Assembly (NCBI GenBank): GCA_964035545.1 | Contig: CAXIUT010000123.1 | Location: forward strand, 1 to 28,360 | Length of the DNA stretch: 28,360 nt | Reading direction: 5' to 3' | DNA from: Bugula neritina | Taxonomy: Eukaryota > Animalia > Bryozoa | Part shown: positions 25,170 to 28,360 of the stretch, one piece after another | How positions within the stretch are numbered: the first letter of the stretch is position 1 | Layout: each line of letters starts with the position of its first letter | Made by a program: the position numbers and the translations under genes | The notes under the pieces: generated by a model | Database searches by the model: none | Told to the model about the DNA's origin: nothing | The model's input: the letters and a program-made list of their open reading frames with translations, nothing else

Positions 25170-26623
25170 ATGCTTAACTTTTTAACTTCTCCTTAAAATT
25201 TCTTATCTAGAAAAGAACTAAAACCGTCCAAAAAAGTATTATCCCTCAGAAAACAAATCAATTGACACCCTAACAAAGATGCCTCCTCTTGAATAATGCA
25301 AACCAATAGCAACATCTTTATGTTTTCCATCTTATCTATTAGATATAGATAAAGTAGCAAAAAGAGTATAGACCTAGATGAATGCTAGCACTCTTGGGTT
25401 AATGTTGATTCAAATAAAATCACTAAAAAGGTAGGCAAATAAATTGAAAGAGAATAAAAACAATATTAATGATACAAATAAATCATATTTTATGAACTTC
25501 AAAACAATCAGGCAGGTTGAAGTCACTAGTTTAAGATAAATAAGCACCAAATCAACCTTATTCAGAACTATAAATTCATATTACCAAAGCTATTAAAGAA
25601 GAAATGGCCTTTAGAGTCAAACAAAAAAAGTTTTATTCCACATAAAAATATTACAAAAAAACAAGAACAATTAAAATTACTAGCATAAAAAGCTAAAAAT
25701 TTTAATTAAAAAGCTTTAAAAATATCAAAAAATCATCAATAACTATAATATAAATTATTCTAAAACTTTTAAATTGATACTATCTATAGTCCCAGAACTA
25801 AAATATCAAAAAATAAAATAAAGTAAATCAAGAAATAGTCCCAGGAATATACAACCTTATAACACTAATGAATACAGGATGAGTTGTAATTATGACTCAA
25901 ATGAAAGTAATAGTAAAAGTAAAGTAACTCTTCCTGCTTCAAGATACAAAGAACAAAGTAGTTGTAAGACAGCTAAATAGGTAAAAAGGTAGTCTAAAGT
26001 AGAAAAGGATAACTAGGTCTAAAGAAGATAGCTGAAGACAAGGTAAAGAAAAAGAAAAATAGATCAATAGAAGTAGTAAAAGATGATATTTAAAATAATA
26101 AATAAACATAAAAAGACCAATTAAAATCAAAATAATAAAATAGAAAAGAAAAATAATAAATAAAATATATAACTATTGTAATAAAATAATAAATCTACAA
26201 AAAGATATTAAGATGATTTATAATAAAGAATAAATAAAAAGTGTTAGTAAAAATTAAACAACAAATAAATAAAATTACAATAAAAGATAAATAAAATAAG
26301 ATAGGATCTCAAGGTAAAATAAAAAAGGATGTAAAGACACAAAATAAGAAAATAAATATAACATTAACAATAAATGTAAAAAAATTAATTATATATCAGA
26401 AAGTATATGGAAAAAATAAAAGACAATAAAGAATAAAAATAAAATACTCACTCACAAAAAATTAAAAATAGGTTTTAAATCGCATAACTTAAACTGAAAT
26501 AAAAATAAATATAATAATATATCACTAAAATGCCTGACTAACTTCTCAATCAGTAACACTAAAAAAATAAAATAAAAATAGTTCTACAAATCCATCAGGT
26601 CCATCATGTTCCAACATGTCTGA
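25170..26623 (+). CDS. Hypothetical K/N/E-rich low-complexity protein (about 480 aa), frameshifted by apparent errors
   Basis: ATG 76 nt after the previous stop (MLNFLTSPENFLSRKEL..). A-rich coding-like sequence ending FYKSIRSIMFQHV*. Confidence 0.55.
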
Positions 26624-26639
26624 TTATTCTACTTTCATT

Positions 26640-26905
26640 CTATACTATCAATCCTATCATATTCTATCAATACTAATCTATCATCCTATCAATACTATCT
26701 ATATTCTATCCTATCAATACTATCTATATTCTATAATATCAATACTATCTATATTCTATCCTATCAATACTATCTTTCATTCTATAATATCAATACTATC
26801 TATATTCTATCCTATCAATCCTATCATATTCTATCCTATCAATACTATCTATATTCTATCCTATCAATACTATCTATATTCTATATTATCAGTACTATCT
26901 AATAT
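26640..26905. repeat. Non-coding minisatellite, about 25-nt unit CCTATCAATACTATCTATATTCTAT, about 9 good copies plus degenerate flanks
   Basis: Direct tandem copies with CC/AA variants, located between two convergent stop codons. The + strand has no G from 26623 to 26891. Confidence 0.93.
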
Positions 26906-26937
26906 ACTTATTATCATTTATAAATATGTATTCAGTA

Positions 26938-28223
26938 TCAACGAGAAAAGACAGCATTGTATCGACATATTGATGATCCTATCTAGTAGTACTGATCTCG
27001 ACTGTGGTACATCTGACTGAAACCTGGCTCTCCAGCCAACATAGAGCCTCCCATCCAAACAGCATACCTCTGATATGGATTATCGAGCACCCTCACATCG
27101 ATAGGAGTTGGCTAAATCAACATAAAAATACCTTCATATGGGACTTTTCTTCATACTTTTTGAGTCTATCTCTGACTCTTTCAGTTACTCGTCTTTATAA
27201 TCTGTCTTTAAACCCCTTGAATAGAGTAGAGCCTCCAGAAAGAGCAATGTTAGTATAGAGTTTTCTTCTAGTATCGATAGGACATAGCTGGATAACATTA
27301 TCAATGAGCTAATCTACTGATTTTCTATGTTTTTAATCAATGATTTAAGGATTAAAGAACATTTCTGGTGCCAAAAACCTTTCAGGACCTACTGACACTT
27401 TATATGGAATTTTAGAAATAGGGTCAATACCTTCTACAAACCTTTAGTACTTTCTTTTAAGTTTTTAATTACTCATTCTATTGTCGAAATTGGCAAACTC
27501 TTCCAAAAGATTTCCAGATTAAACAACATAAGAATACTTTTATTTAATAGTTTTAGCTATTTTATGAACTTCTTCAACTGGACATCTTTCGTTTCTATCT
27601 CTTAACATATTAGCTACAAAGTTAGTCATATTACTTCCAGCTAGAGGAATATGTTTGATGCAACTATTAATAACAAAGCCATCGACCACTGGAATGATGT
27701 GAGTGACTCCATCTCCAGAATCAAGGACAGTTCCAGTATAGCTTACTCCTTTATCTATTCCAGAAGATGATATTAATGCAAATACCGCCTGAACACCGAT
27801 ATATAGTCCTTTCACATTAAAAGTTTCAAACATTATCTATGCTATGTGTTCCCTATTTTCTGGAGGATTCAAAGGAGGCTCAGTTAAAACCATTACTGTT
27901 TCCGAAGGATCACATCTTAAACAATCGAACATACTTCTGTGCCAAAACTTTTACATCAAATCCCAATTTTGTACTATTCCTCCCTCTATTGGATTCACTA
28001 CTTTCTGAGTCCTTGTCAGATCTCTTGCTTCTTCTCCTATGACAAAATCAAGCGTTTAAGTTACCTTTTTATTACTCATCGTCCATCCTGCTTTTGGAAC
28101 CTGATCGCCAGTATCAGTGATAAGAGTGGGAATATCGAAAGAAGGTTCAAGGTTACCAGCATACCCCATTTTAGTGTAACCAGTACCATTGTCAATGACT
28201 GCTACTCTAGTATTGATATCCAT
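26938..28223 (-). CDS. ARP3: Actin-related protein 3 (Arp2/3 complex), 421 aa, 1 intron
   Basis: Motifs [126 protein letters not shown]. The frame is exact after removing 27112-27131. Confidence 0.96.
27112..27131 (-). other. 20-nt spliceosomal intron
   Basis: gtatttttatgttgatttag; contains an in-frame TGA, and removal gives [10 protein letters not shown]. Confidence 0.9.
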
Positions 28224-28265
28224 CCAGATATTATTCTAATCAATTAATCAATATCATATCCTACA

Positions 28266-28360
28266 GGGGTTGGGGGTTGGGGTTGGGGTTGGGGTTGGGG
28301 TTGGGGGTTGGGGTTGGGGTTGGGGGTTGGGGGGTTGGTTGGGGTTGGGGTTGGGGTTGG
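28266..28360 (+). repeat. Right telomere of piece 3, (GGGGTT)n
   Basis: 95-nt G4T2 array with some G5/G6/G2 units that are probably homopolymer errors. Confidence 0.98.

Noticed and set aside
3598-26623. Euplotes-like programmed frameshifting or pseudogenisation to explain the many frame breaks, including ATT-TGA-C at 15213-15219 and TTT-TGA-G near 5600-5606 (minus)
   Set aside because: Most breaks are 1-nt indels in homopolymers not associated with a stop, and some are clear errors when repeat copies are compared (tcattag versus tcatag; tccagtag versus tcccaataa). The telomeres show the same error type. The two TGA-adjacent cases only merit rechecking after polishing.
26616-27020. 134-aa Y/I/S-rich ORF, or a CRISPR-like array, over the 25-nt repeat
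   Set aside because: The ORF is a by-product of a G-free non-triplet satellite. The copies are directly adjacent with no unique spacers, and the context is eukaryotic with no cas genes.
2214-27953. Split code with TAA=Lys and TAG=Glu
   Set aside because: TAA occupies conserved Glu sites (WDLM-E-KF, IK-E-KY, EC-E-ICK, DY-E), so both codons behave alike.
794-28247. The supplied six-frame ORFs as real short genes
   Set aside because: They assume TAA/TAG are stops. Most are antisense or off-frame shadows. A few (for example 10068-10286, 16403-16627, 17264-17629, 21102-21314, 27540-27833) are fragments of longer table-30 genes.
28266-28360. Variant telomere repeats (G5T2, G6T2, G2T2) as real telomerase heterogeneity
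   Set aside because: They are confined to the two terminal arrays while both internal arrays are perfect, which is consistent with homopolymer errors at contig ends.

Overview
Eukaryotic (ciliate macronuclear) DNA, so the supplied standard-code ORF track is largely misleading. TAA and TAG are sense codons. At invariant positions of five unrelated proteins they align to Glu rather than Gln, and TGA is the only stop. This matches NCBI table 30, the peritrich nuclear code. The window consists of three telomere-delimited pieces. (1) A complete telomere-to-telomere minichromosome of 3.6 kb (1-3597) with two genes. (2) 3598-14991, with five genes (coiled-coil protein, REX1/REXO-type exonuclease, MEMO1, EF-hand/DUSP/USP deubiquitinase, hypothetical), ending in (GGGGTT)n. 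(3) 14992-28360, with three genes (giant Cys-rich multi-pass surface protein, hypothetical, Arp3), ending in (GGGGTT)n. Pieces 2 and 3 lack a left telomere and start inside genes, so the joins are probably chimeric. Notable patterns: twelve 19-20-nt introns all fitting GTA-N10/11-A-N3-AG; all nine stop codons reading TGA-T; short telomeres (about 70-100 bp) in fixed start and end registers; and a C>G strand skew independent of gene direction. Pieces 2 and 3 carry many single-base indels that look like long-read errors, so some CDS boundaries are approximate. All translation and counting was done by hand, with no database searches.
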